A stretch of DNA of 64,000 nucleotides from contig OZ024742.1 in NCBI GenBank assembly GCA_964016885.1, forward strand, positions 64,604,001-64,668,000, written 5' to 3'. This DNA is from Eledone cirrhosa (Eukaryota). The notes under the pieces were generated by a model that saw only the letters and a list, made by a program, of their open reading frames with translations, did no database searches and had not been told where the DNA came from. This document shows positions 52,200 to 64,000 of the stretch, one piece after another (position 1 is the first letter of the stretch; each line of letters starts with the position of its first letter). The translations under genes were made by a program, and so were the position numbers.

Positions 52200-52488
52200 A
52201 TCTTATTCATATTTGCTTGTATCATGATCGCTCTAATCGATCGACAAGATCTCAGACCTCATCTGCTTGCCGAGTCGGGTGGACCTCGTCAAATTGGACC
52301 AAGGAAACAATGTTTCCATTGGTCTTTCCATTGCTGATACTATCTACCAGTAGCAACTCCTGGTAGAAGGAGCAACGTGAAATAAAGTGTTTTGATCAAG
52401 GATACAACGCATCACCCGGCCCGAGAATTGAATTTACAACCTCACGATTGCTAATCCAACTCTCTAACCACTAAGCCACGTGCCTTTA
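52200..52488 (-). mobile_element. tRNA-derived SINE (head related to 8310-8590)
   Basis: Minus: GGCACGTGGCTTAGTGGTTAGAG...AATTCAATTCTCGGGCCGGGTG...CCTTGATCAAAACACTTTATTTCACGTTGCTCC. Confidence 0.7.
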
Positions 52489-52679
52489 CTCAACTTACTT
52501 GCATCTTACTGTTGTTATTTTTCAACATATAGAGTAATTTGAAAAAAAAATTAAAACTTTACCCATTTTTCAAAACGTATGTATGTATATGTTTATGTGT
52601 ACATGTGCATGAATGTGAGTGTGTGTGTATATATATATATATAAACAATTATTAGCAATACATACCCTTTTCAAAGACC

Positions 52680-53512
52680 TCCCTGTATAGAGAAGAAAGG
52701 CATAATCTGTAAACTAAGCCCCATATTAACTGTAAAACTAGAAATGTAGTATATAGCATAAGATGTACTGAAGGACAATGTAAAGATAAGAATATAGTGT
52801 ACATAGGTGAGACAGCTCGTAGTATAGGAGAACGGTTAAATGAACACTGGCGAGAACTTCAAGATAAAAAAGAATCATAAGGGCAAATTAGAGAACATAG
52901 AAATAAAAATAGAATCTACACACAGAAAAGACGCAATGTTTAGACAAATCACAGAGGCAATAAACATAAATGAACTCCAACCAAAATTAAATAGAAAACA
53001 TGAATGGAATAGCAACATCACAACTTACAATTAAGCACAAAATGAAAACACACACACACATAGAAGAAACAACCAACCAGTAACATGTAAATAAACAAAT
53101 AAACAAATAAATTGGAGTGAAAGCAACTGGTGCGTGTGTTTCTTATTGGCAACATGCAAAAGTTCTATTTAAAATTGTTGGGATACAACAAGTAAATATT
53201 TTATAACTGATATAAAGCACTCGACAAGTTTTTGGAGTAGATATACGATATTAAATAAATGGAAACTATATTTATAAAACCATATTTATTTCATTATACA
53301 TATTTCAGGAATACCAAATTAAAATATGGTATGCAAACAGCTTCCAAAAATAATGGTTGCATCTAATAGGGTACGTCAAAATTATTTATAAAACTGTTTA
53401 TATATTGTATTTTGTCTGATGAAGGCATACCATATTTTAATTTGGTATCCCTGAAATATGTATAATGAAATAAATATGGTTTTATAAATATAGTTTCCAT
53501 TTATTTAATATC

Positions 53513-53516
<4 letters not shown>
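52680..53516 (+). mobile_element. PLE 3' fragment (GIY-YIG) followed by a fold-back pLTR
   Basis: NCKTRNVVYSIRC...YIGETARSIGERLNEH...RQITEAINI...PKLNRKHEW; 53243-53334 is inverted at 53425-53516. Confidence 0.8.
53408..53472 (+). ncRNA. Type I hammerhead ribozyme (family C)
   Basis: TATTTTGT CTGATGA AGGcATACCA tattttaatt TGGTATcCCT GAAA TATGTA TA ATGAAATA. Confidence 0.8.
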
Positions 53517-53552
<36 letters not shown>

Positions 53553-53624
53553 GGGTGGTAGAACTGGTGGGAGGCAGGCGGGGGCCATGCCCCCCCCCCC
53601 ATAATCATATTATATTATTATCAT

Positions 53625-55511
53625 ACATCTCAATAGGACGTGGTTAAGTGGTTTGGTGCAGTTGGTCCCCACATGCATTGGATGGTTCTTTTTCAAAGTT
53701 ACATAGGTTTCCGTTGGGACCCTAATCCTCATTACGTACGGTTTGTTCGCTGCGTAGGTGAAAGTGATCCCTTCGGTTTCCACCGAAGGGTTATTTTCTA
53801 TCGCTTTCATCAACGTTTTATTGTTCTTGTTAATGTATGTATAGAGTTTTTGTTGTGTTGTGTTTGTTTTTGTTTATTGTTCTTGTGCGTGTTTGCGTTT
53901 TGTAGTACGGGTTATGTTTTGGGGAGTTGTGGGTTTTTTTATTTGTGATGTTTGTTCTGTTTGTGCTGGTGGTTGTGTGTTTTTGGCATTTTTGTTAATG
54001 TGGTGCCTTTTTTTTTTCCTTTTCACCTGTTGAAAGGGTTCTCCCTCGTCGTCACTGGGTGATGTTGATACGGAGTCCTCTTCCGTGTTGTTGGGGAGGG
54101 GTATATTTTGGGGTTTTGTTGTGGTTGCTTTTGTATTTGTTTTAGGTGGGGAGGGGTTGGGTGGAACAGTGTTTTGTGTTGTTATTTTTCCGTGTTGTTG
54201 TTGTTGTTGTTGTTGTGGTGGTGGTGGTGGTGGTGGTGGTGGTGGTGGTGGTGGTTGTGTTGTTGTGTTCGGGGTTGGCAGAAGAGCCTTTTTTATTTGA
54301 CTCTTTAATTGAGGACAGGCAGCCCTCAGGTGACCCCTGCTTAAGCAGTGGTAACATGACGGCCGCCTTCCCTCCACTGAAATGTTTATATAAGTTAGCC
54401 CGTCCAGAGGCACGCGTTGTGGGATATTTGCTATTCGTTCTGGGCTCATTTGCACCAGAACTTCTACGGTGGTCCCACCAAATACACCTCCGGAGGACTT
54501 TCCTATTGAAATTATCTTGTCTTCATCAAAGTTAATTATTCCACATAGTATCTACCAAATATTTACATTTGGTGTGATACTCATTATTTTTATTCTTTGT
54601 GTCCTTTTTCCCCTGTATGTGGGGTAAAAGGTGAAGCGGGGGAGACACAATGGGTGCTACCGAGTACTTTTGAGCTGTTGACTGGTTGTTCATTAGCACC
54701 GAAATGCTACCAAACAGTTTACCTTTATGTATGAAGGTTAAGTCTTTCATTGCATCTTTTAGAACCAGCTCAATTTCATTTTGTGATAATTGAGCTGGTT
54801 TTCTTGTTTCGTTCGATATTGTCCTGAAAACCACAGTTTTCAGGACAGCCTCTCTACGTAATTCCTGTGGAGAATTGATGCTAAAAGCACCGTTTTCGCC
54901 AAAAGTCACGAATTGTTTTGCGTCTTGTAATAGTTGTTTAGCATTTGTTATGTCTATTGGCGTGTATAGTTCGTTTTTTTACGGTCTGTGCGAATGTTGT
55001 TTTGGCGTTGTTGTCTTTTTTGTTACTGTCACTGTTGGTAATATTGGTGTTGCTATTGTTGCAGTTGTTGGTTGTGGTGTTATTGTCATTGTTCTTGTTG
55101 TTGGTTGTGGTGTTATTGTCATTGTTCTTGTTGTTGGTGCTGGTATTATTTACCGGGTTTGGTTTCGTGGTTTCGATATTTTTCACGTTTTTCGATGATG
55201 CGAGGGGGGAAGGCTGCAAGCTTTGTACTCCTACCTTCCCTCCACCACTTTTCTTAGTGGGCGTGGCACTCACGACAGTGTGCGAGGTTGAAATGGCATC
55301 CATTGCTGACTACCAAGTCTACACAGTTTTGAGATGAAAATGAAAATTTCGCCCCAGAAAGGGGCGAAAATTAGTTGACTCAACGTCTGACGGCCCAGGC
55401 AAGGGGTTAAACTAAACAATGTTATTAAATTGAGCAATAAACTCACAGTTTTTTTACAACAATCCGTAAAAATCCGGCGCAAAGTAAATCACGTCTATAT
55501 CAAGTGGTAAT
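53625..55511 (-). mobile_element. Second Tx1 copy: 5' UTR and ORF1 only
   Basis: Colinear with 19726-21575. Confidence 0.9.
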
Positions 55512-56768
55512 TGATATAGAGAGGAGGATTGGAAGAGAGTTCTGTGTAGTAGATATAGAGAGGGGGAGAGTTTGGTTTCAATTGATATTGAGAGGAGCAT
55601 TAGAAGAGAGTACCGTGTAGTAAACATAGAGAAGGGGAGAATTTGGTTGTTGTAGATATACAGAGAGTGATAATAGGAGAGGTGAGAGTTTAAGGGTGAT
55701 TGATATACAGAGGGGGATTGGGAAAGATAAGTGCAGATATTTAGAAAGTGAGAGAGTATATTAGTGTTAGATGTAGAGAGTGGGATACGAGAGGTGGTGT
55801 TGTGGTAGATATAGAGGGGGGTAGAGTTTGGTTTTAGAAGATACAGAGAGAGAGAGAGGGGGATTAAAAGAGAGTTTTTTGTGATATACATAGAGATGGG
55901 AAGAGTTTGGTGGGACTCTCGGGTCCCAAATAATAGGAGGGGTGGCAATAATGGGAAATCAGTAATTGTATAGTGTATGTTCGTAAATATGGGATTTCTT
56001 TTAATGTTCTTCCTTTGTCACATATAATGTTTTTTTTAATGTAAAATAAAATTATTATTAATTTAATAAGCAGCTGAGGTGTGGGGGTGGAATATAAACT
56101 GGAGGTAGGGTGAAAAATATAAGCGATATAGAGGGTGGGGACGATTATTCAAGACCTGAGAGTACGTGAATTACTGACGGACATAAGAATGAAAACTCAA
56201 TATCGAAGTAGAGTTTAAATATTCATTTATTATGGCTAAGCCTTATTACTCTGGAGTCTCACCTGCGTACTCACCAGACAAGACTGGTGATCCTGTAAGT
56301 GCTCAGGTGAAACAAAGCACACCAATAACCATAATAAATGAATGTATATATATATATGGGAGATGAATGAATATATTGGGTATAATACCAGTTTCTTACC
56401 AAATGCGAAGAAGCTCGATACATTAATCCATTAGGAAATGACACACAGCATAATCTTTTTAAAAAATTATATATATATATATATATATAGTAGCAGTGGA
56501 ACTGAGGGGTGGGGAATGCCATGGCATGCCACCTCCAAAAATTATATTTTCTCCCCAAACTACCAAAACACATTTATTTGGATATGCACTACAATTTATG
56601 TAAATGTTTGTTTATCGCATATCGAAGTTTTCTGACCATTTTAGAGTGCAAAGAACTAAACTAATCACTACAGCTAAATTTTCCAAATTTAGTCTCTCCC
56701 CCTATTAAGAAATGTTTCCAGCACCCCTGATATATATATATTCTTTTTATTTAGGTTCAATAGTGAGT

Positions 56769-56816
56769 CTTGTTACTCTGGAGATTCGCCTGTTTATCAC
56801 AGGGTCTTCAGACAAG
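56769..56816 (-). ncRNA. Minimal type I hammerhead (family D, one core mutation) within fold-back 56752-56860
   Basis: Minus: CTTGT CTGAAGA cCCTGT gataa ACAGGc GAAT CTCcaGAG TA ACAAG (GAAT instead of GAAA). Confidence 0.65.
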
Positions 56817-56912
56817 AACAGGTAAAGCTCCAGAGTAACAAGACTCACTATTGCACCTAAATAACATTTATATTAAAACTATACTTCGGTATTGAGTACT
56901 TTTTTCTCCCAT

Positions 56913-56967
<55 letters not shown>

Positions 56968-57066
56968 CAGGTAACATTCCGTTATAACGAATATGATTAT
57001 AACGAATTTTTCGTTACAACGATTTTTTTTATACCTAGTAATAATTTTGTTGAAACGGAATTCCAC

Positions 57067-57177
<111 letters not shown>

Positions 57178-57186
57178 GTATGCGTG

Positions 57187-57252
<66 letters not shown>

Positions 57253-57924
57253 GAGATAGGTAAAATTCCGATTGCGGCGCCAAGCGGTTTCAGCTTGGGT
57301 GTTCAGCAAGCCTCTCCGTGGGTGTGTAAAAATAGGTCACTAGTCTTGGTAGTGCAGTGTTTAAATTTATCATTGTGGTAAGCTGGGATGGTGGAGAAAT
57401 GGGGGCAGAGAATGGTATGTGCATCTAGACAGGCTAAGGGTCAGGAGAAGGAAGTAATGTGGGTGATTGTAGGGGTGGTTAATGGCTAGGGTGGAGGTGG
57501 AGGAGGGGTATGATGGTCATAAGGATAGATGGTGGAGAGTGTGAGGGGCACGGCTTTGTACAGACAGGGGCTTAGAAGTTAAAGGAGTATTTTTAAGAAA
57601 GAATAAAATAAAAAGTAAGTTATAGAGAAGTAAATGATTTAATGATTAAATGAATTCGTAAGTAGATGAGTAAATAGGATAAAATAAAATAACATAAGAT
57701 CAAGTAGAAATAGATAATAAAGTGGATAATATGATGTGATAACTCGTGGTAAGGTGTGTGTATTATGTATACACACTGCATGCACATAAGCACACACAGG
57801 TTACTAAGGAGTTTTGAAAGGTTTTACATAGAAATGCATGAATAAATAAATAAATACTATAATGAAAGGCATGGGGTGAAGTAAAATAAAATTTAGAGAG
57901 GGCGAAATTCTGTCTGAGCAACGG

Positions 57925-59420
57925 TGCTACCCCAAAACAGTGGAAAACTGCCAGTGTCATTCCTCTGTTCAAAAAAGGGTGACCGCACATCATCTGCGAA
58001 CTATCGTCCAGTCAGTCTTACTAGCTGCATTGCTAAACTGATGGAATCCTGTGTCAGAGAAACGCTTTTGAACTTTTGGAACTCTCACAGTTTTATCCGG
58101 CCCTCGCAATTTGGATTTATCCCTAACTCCAGCCGCTGTGATCAACTTATCGAGTTTCTTGTAGACATCACCCGGATCACTGATGGCGGCTCATGGGTGG
58201 ATGTTGTTTACCTAGACTTTGCTAAAGCTTTCAATTCTGTGCCACACAAAAGACTTATGGTAAAACTCTCTACAATGGGTGTGAAAGATGATCTTTTTAA
58301 CTGGTTGACGTCCTTCATTCTCAGTCGAAGAGAGGTAATCACGGTTCTAGGACAGCATTCCTCACCATATGAGATGTCATCTGGTGTACCACAGGGATCT
58401 GTTCTTGGCCCCCTTTTGTTTGTAGCATATATTAATGATATAGATGCCAACTTAAAGAATGCCACAGTACTGAAATATGCAGATGACATCAATCTGTACC
58501 TTGAGATAAAAAGGACAGATCCTCAACACTATAGATCTTGCTTGCAATCTGACCTGGAGACAATGCAACAATGGATCACAGACTGGCAACTCAAGCTGGC
58601 TGTGGACAAGTGTACCACCATGCATTTTGGGAGTAAAAACCCAGCGTCCACATACGCCCTTCACAACACTAATATCAAGAAGTCTTCTTGTGAACGTGAC
58701 CTGGGCATTACGGTCAACAGCGATTTGCGTTGGACGAAGCACGTCTCTAAAATTGTCAAGAAGGCCGAGGGTGTCTTAGCATCATTCAGCAAGACCTTTG
58801 TCAGCCGCTTTCCAGCTATCTATTTAAAGCTGTATATAGCTATGGTGCGGCCACACTTAGAATGTTCATCACCAGTCTGGAACCCCTATCTTGCTCAGAA
58901 CATTGACCGCCTGGAAATTGTTCAGAGACGTGCAACCAAGCGAATACCCTCCATCAGACATCTACCATACTCTGAACGCTTTGCTTCCCTGGGCATGGAT
59001 ACATTGAAGCTCCGACGTCTGGCAACTGACTTGTTAAACACCCACAAAATCATTAACCATCTTGCCAACAACAACCCTGAGTACCTTTTTGATTTCCATG
59101 TGTCTAACACATGTGGGCATGCCCACAAAGTCAGAAAACAGCACAGCTCCCATCACTTTCGGGAACATTTTTTCAAGCTCAGAGTTGCTGTAGCATGGAA
59201 CAAACTACCTGCATCAGTTGTTAGCTGTCGAGACACTGCATCCTTTAAAACCTCCAAGCTTCCTGAGATTCACCAACACTACACCTAATATCCCCCCTCC
59301 ATACACACGCACACATGTATATCATGACTCATACACTATTCACTTCCCTGACATTTGTATATTATTCTATGTACTATACATGCACCTTTGATGAGTTTCA
59401 TTATTATCATTATTATTATT
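57925..59420 (+). mobile_element. CR1-clade LINE, 5'-truncated; RT ORF open to 59288
   Basis: KKGDR..NYRPVSLTS, QFGF, YLDFAKAF, SGVPQGSVLGPLLF, YADD, ERDLGI, VRPHLE, VQRRATK; (ATT)n tail at ~59400-59420. Confidence 0.92.
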
Positions 59421-59599
59421 ATAAAGTATGTACACATACCACATGCTTGTATAAGTAGGCATACGTGTGTATGTACACGCAAGTACAAGCGCACTCGTAC
59501 ATGTACACATACCCGTGTGCACACATATACATATATACACACATATACATGCATATTCACATTAATATACATGCGTGCACACACACACACACATACATA

Positions 59600-59634
<35 letters not shown>

Positions 59635-60261
59635 ATATATACACACACATATACATGCACATTCACACACAATTCCACATGCATACCCACAGGGTCATGC
59701 ATGTCCACATGAGGAGAGAAGGTGGTAAAATTGTCACACGTGCCTACATGTATCATATGTGTGTGCATACACACACATATGCACATGGTACATTTATACA
59801 CCCATACAAGAACCAGGAGAGGGGGTGGTAAAACTATTTGCATACATACACATGGGAAGTATGGTATGTGGTTGGTTGATGTTACATGTAGGTCTAGGTG
59901 AATGGGATGTAGACCTGGGATATCCTCAGGTGGCTTCTCGGAGGTATAGCGTGGGGTTTAGTCCAAGTACAAATCACAACGTGGGCTTAAATGCCGGGTG
60001 GTTCGGGGTTCCGACGCTTGGTAGATGAGGATCATGTGTTAGTTTGAAGCCCGGGAAGGATTTCTGTCCAGCCCGCTAACAGGTTTCAATCTTAGGCTAA
60101 GCAATCCCTGAAAAAGTGCTCTAAATTATTTTGGATTAGAATACCGCCTACAGAAGACGTCTAACTACAAGACTCACTTAGCTGGACGTAATATTTTGCG
60201 TGACAAGGGCAAATTTACCATTTCTGCCTGTATTTTATTTGTAGTAAGGAATGTCATTAAA

Positions 60262-60448
60262 ATAATTGTTTCTACTTTAGGCACAAGTCCAGCAATTACC
60301 CAATGCATTATTGGTACTTTATTTTATCGACCCCGTAAGGATGAAAGGCAAAGTCAACCTCGGCGGGATTTGAACTCAGATCGTAAAGGGACGTAACTAT
60401 GCTGGAAAGCATGGCGTCCGACCCTCTACCGATACTGCCAATCCACCG
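60262..60448 (-). mobile_element. Short SINE with tRNA-like head; extra 3' fragment at 60455-60505
   Basis: Reverse complement of ~47220-47400. Confidence 0.8.
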
Positions 60449-60814
60449 TCTTTATAATTGTTTCTACTTTAGGCACAAGGCCAGCAAATTACCCAGTGCA
60501 TTACTTTATAATGACAGATGATTATTGCTGTTGTTGTTATGGAGAGAGAAATACAGTGAGAGGGAAAGACAACGGAGTTTTTTAGGTTGTGTGTGTGTGC
60601 GTGTTTCGGTATGTCCCTCAATATATAGTACTTATAAAAAGTTTGTTTGTTTGTTTGTTTGTTCATTGACCTCTAATAATGCTATATAAAATTGGTAATA
60701 ATTATGTTTTCAACTAATCAGACCTCCGATATGCTCGCAATCGACTTTTTCTCCGAAAAGGGAATGGGAGGGATGGGGACCTTTGGATTTTCCCAGTTGG
60801 ATTGGGCGAGGAGG

Positions 60815-61780
60815 AATCTATAAAGTATGTTTGCAAATACATCAACAATGGTTCTGATGCTGCCATGTTTACGCTACAGAAATGAAATATGTCCAACGAA
60901 GTGTCCAATACTAACACGGCCGATATCTCAGCAGAAGAGAAGGGTGTGAGGGACTACTCCTTGGAATTTCCTAGCCTCGGAGATTTCTTCAGTAGGAATT
61001 TTTTTCTTTTCTAGGTTTTTTTGTTTGTTTCCGACCGATCTGATGTCCAAATTACTCGCCAACGACTCCTTTTTTCCGAAAAAAAAACGGCACCCTCGGA
61101 GTTACTGATAAGCACCTCTCAGCTGTTTAAATTTATAGAAAAGCACCTGCTGGGGTATCGCGAAGAAATTTTTTTCTTAGATTTTTTTCATGTTTTCAAT
61201 CAATCTGACCGACATGCTTGCAATCGCCTTCTTTTTCGAATACAGAATTGGGGTAGGAAACCCTCGAATTTTCCCAACCTCAGAGAGTTTGTCAGTTCGA
61301 ATAACAGAGGCAGGAAGGGAGGGGTACTCTCGGAGTTACAGATAAGCACTTCTTAATCGTTTAAATTTATAGGACGAGGTGTTGCTGTGCGAAAGAGCAA
61401 TCTTTGCCCCCCCCCCCCGAAAAAAACATCACGATGAATGCCATCAACAAATATCTCTTACAAATGATCCCTGGGGGTAGCCAGACTTATAAATCTATCG
61501 ATAAAGTTATTGACGAGGAAGAATCCCATTGAATATTTCAACAGCCTACAACCATCCAGTATGCTGCCACACAACCTTGAAATGAAGAAGGGTACAGTCA
61601 TCATTCTTCTCAGAAACCTGGGTCATCCAAGATTGTGCAATGTGACGCGTATGGTTGAGACTGAACTACAGCCTCACATTATCGAAGTCAAAATCCTCAC
61701 TGGACGTGGTAAGGGAGACATCATATTTATACCCAGAATACTGCTAATACCAACAGATGACCCTTTCCGTTTCAAGATTG
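60815..61780 (+). pseudogene. Helitron Rep and helicase remnants
   Basis: SIKYVCKYINNGSDAAMFTL at ~60818-60878 and EYFNSL..PHNL..KKG..IILLRNL..RLCN.TR..ILTG..KG..FIPRI at 61510-61780. Confidence 0.8.
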
Positions 61781-64000
61781 CAATAATATTGGAAAATAAC
61801 AAAAATGACATGAAATTTTTAAAAGAAGGAAGACAGAAGAAAAAGGAAACAAAAAACGAACTCTCTTTCTTTTGAACATTCATTTTTCTTATTTTTTTCT
61901 CCTTCATTTCTTGCATATTTTTGTTTCACTTCTATAATGTTTCCAATATTAAATGTTCACACATGCACACACTTACTTTCCATAACCCATGGGCCAAGAC
62001 TTTCTCACTTTTACAAACAATAGAAGTAATTTTCAAGATGCAGCTTCCTGATTCTGAAAACAAAAACAACTACATATCTGTGACAGCAATAACAACAACT
62101 ACAACATGAAACAGAGCACACATGCACACGAGGAAGAAAAGCATGAAAAAAAGAACTGTGTCAAATCTTAATTAATATTTTTATATTTTTTCTCTTCCTA
62201 ACCAAAACAAACCATGGGACAAGATTTTCTCACTTCATGAATTCTTTCAACCTTTATTCCTCAATCTCATGTATGTAACCTCTATTTTAAATGTTGTTCA
62301 TCTTATGCATGTAGTTTATCTATTATATTTGTACACACAATCGCATCAACCATTTCTGTTACATATTGACATATAAACATATACGTGTAACCTTTGACTC
62401 ACACGGGGACAGAGCGAGATATCTCTTCTCAACTAGTTTGAAGTTTCGGAAAAAGCTATCGACCTATACTGGCCTCAAACACGACAAGCAGCACATTTCT
62501 GCATTTCATCACATGTAACTGCATACAAATAGCTACAGCTTGTACTTGAGACTAGTCTCATCTTCCTGATTCACTGCGGAACTTTATTTTGGCTTTATAT
62601 ACATGAGTTGCTCACAACTCCATATACTCACAGACCAACAACAATCCCTATCCCATAAGTTTCAAGCTCTGTATGTACATAATTTACATATTTACACACA
62701 TAAACATATGCATACATTTAGTTCAAAAGTTTTCAAGATTTATTCACTGCACACTGAGCATGGGAAGTGTGTCCTTGATTTATGTGGAATCCTCGAGATG
62801 ATTCTTCCCTGTCCTTTCTCACTGAATTGGTTTCATCGTAACAAAATATGCTTTTCAACATAATCACCTTGACTTAGGTGCAACTGCATATATAAATATG
62901 CGACAAACCCGTCACTGCTTTTACTGTGAAACTAGATTCAAACACTATTCCAAACAGCCTATGGAATATCGGTTGTTCAGATACGCAGCCAACCATCTCC
63001 ATCCTACATTTATCAAATCATATTCTAACATTTTGTTACCTCTCCATCACTGCTATCAGTCACTGCTTCTGCATCAATCTGGGTGAGGAATATTGTAGTG
63101 AAATCTCTCCACACATACTGACCCCAAAATGACACCTGGCTGCTATTTTTCCTTATCTCAGTTGGCACCAGTGGTCTGGAGAAACCGGCCAACTTGAGTT
63201 TGAAGGAGATAAGATTTTTTTAGATCATTCCACTCTCGTTTCTTAGAAGAGAAGAACATCAATCCGAGTTACTCAAAGGGAGTTGTAGAAATGATTTCAA
63301 GCAGTTAAGATGTATCCACTATCTCACACAGACCCCTGTGGGCCTTTCTTTTTCTCTCTTTTTCTCTTGATCTCTCTCACTGCCAGACAATTAACCCATT
63401 ATAGAAAGACAGTAAATACTATATTTTAAATCATTACACACACACACACACATATATCACAACAAATCAAGCCTTGTTTTTATTACATTGTCCATGATAG
63501 CCTTGTAGCAGGCTATTAACTTAATAAATATATTTTAGTAACAATCATGTTTTATTTGTCCATTCATCGGCATACCACACAGTGCTTATATATGGGTCAA
63601 ATTTTACCTTATGCATAATTACCCAGCAAGCCAACAACAATCACTACTACAAACTCTGCCATGCTCAAATGAACAACAAACTCAAGGCAATTCCTTCCAT
63701 TGCTACATCTACTTTACATTCTATTGCCACTCAACTCACCAGCCACTTCACTACAACCACGGCATTACATATTCACTACACACACATATATACGTGTGTG
63801 TGTGTGTGTAATGAAATGTATTCACACATACTGACCCTGAATGGCATTTGGGTGTTATTTTTCTTTATCTCGGGTTGGTGTCAGTGGTCTGGAGTGGCTG
63901 GTCAACTTGAGATTAAATGAGGTAAGTTTTTGTTTTTGGTTAGTCCACTCTAGTTCCTCAGAAGAGAAAGATCACTTCGAGTTGCTCAAGCAAGTAAAGA

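Overview
Eukaryotic, AT-rich, microsatellite-saturated DNA with no recognisable host protein-coding exon. The repeat content resembles a coleoid cephalopod (octopus-like) genome, but that is inference. The window is a stack of nested mobile elements: a near-full-length Naiad-type Penelope-like element (PLE) and several PLE fragments, an RTE LINE with C-terminal C2H2 fingers plus internally deleted derivatives, a near-full-length Tx1/L1-clade LINE and a partial duplicate, two Dong/R4-type RLE fragments in (CATA)n, a CR1-type RT, a decayed autonomous Helitron and non-autonomous Helitrons, a very young non-coding LTR element with a tRNA-Trp PBS, MITEs and many tRNA-derived SINEs. The strongest unexplained signal is a dense set of type I hammerhead ribozyme motifs (about a dozen complete or near-complete, from at least five sequence families). 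One family is a non-coding ~420-440 bp head-to-tail, circularly permuted unit with an octamer + TATA upstream of a minimal hammerhead. It inserts into (TA)n tracts and looks like a retrozyme / circular-RNA-type non-autonomous PLE parasite. Most short ORFs in the supplied track are microsatellite artefacts.
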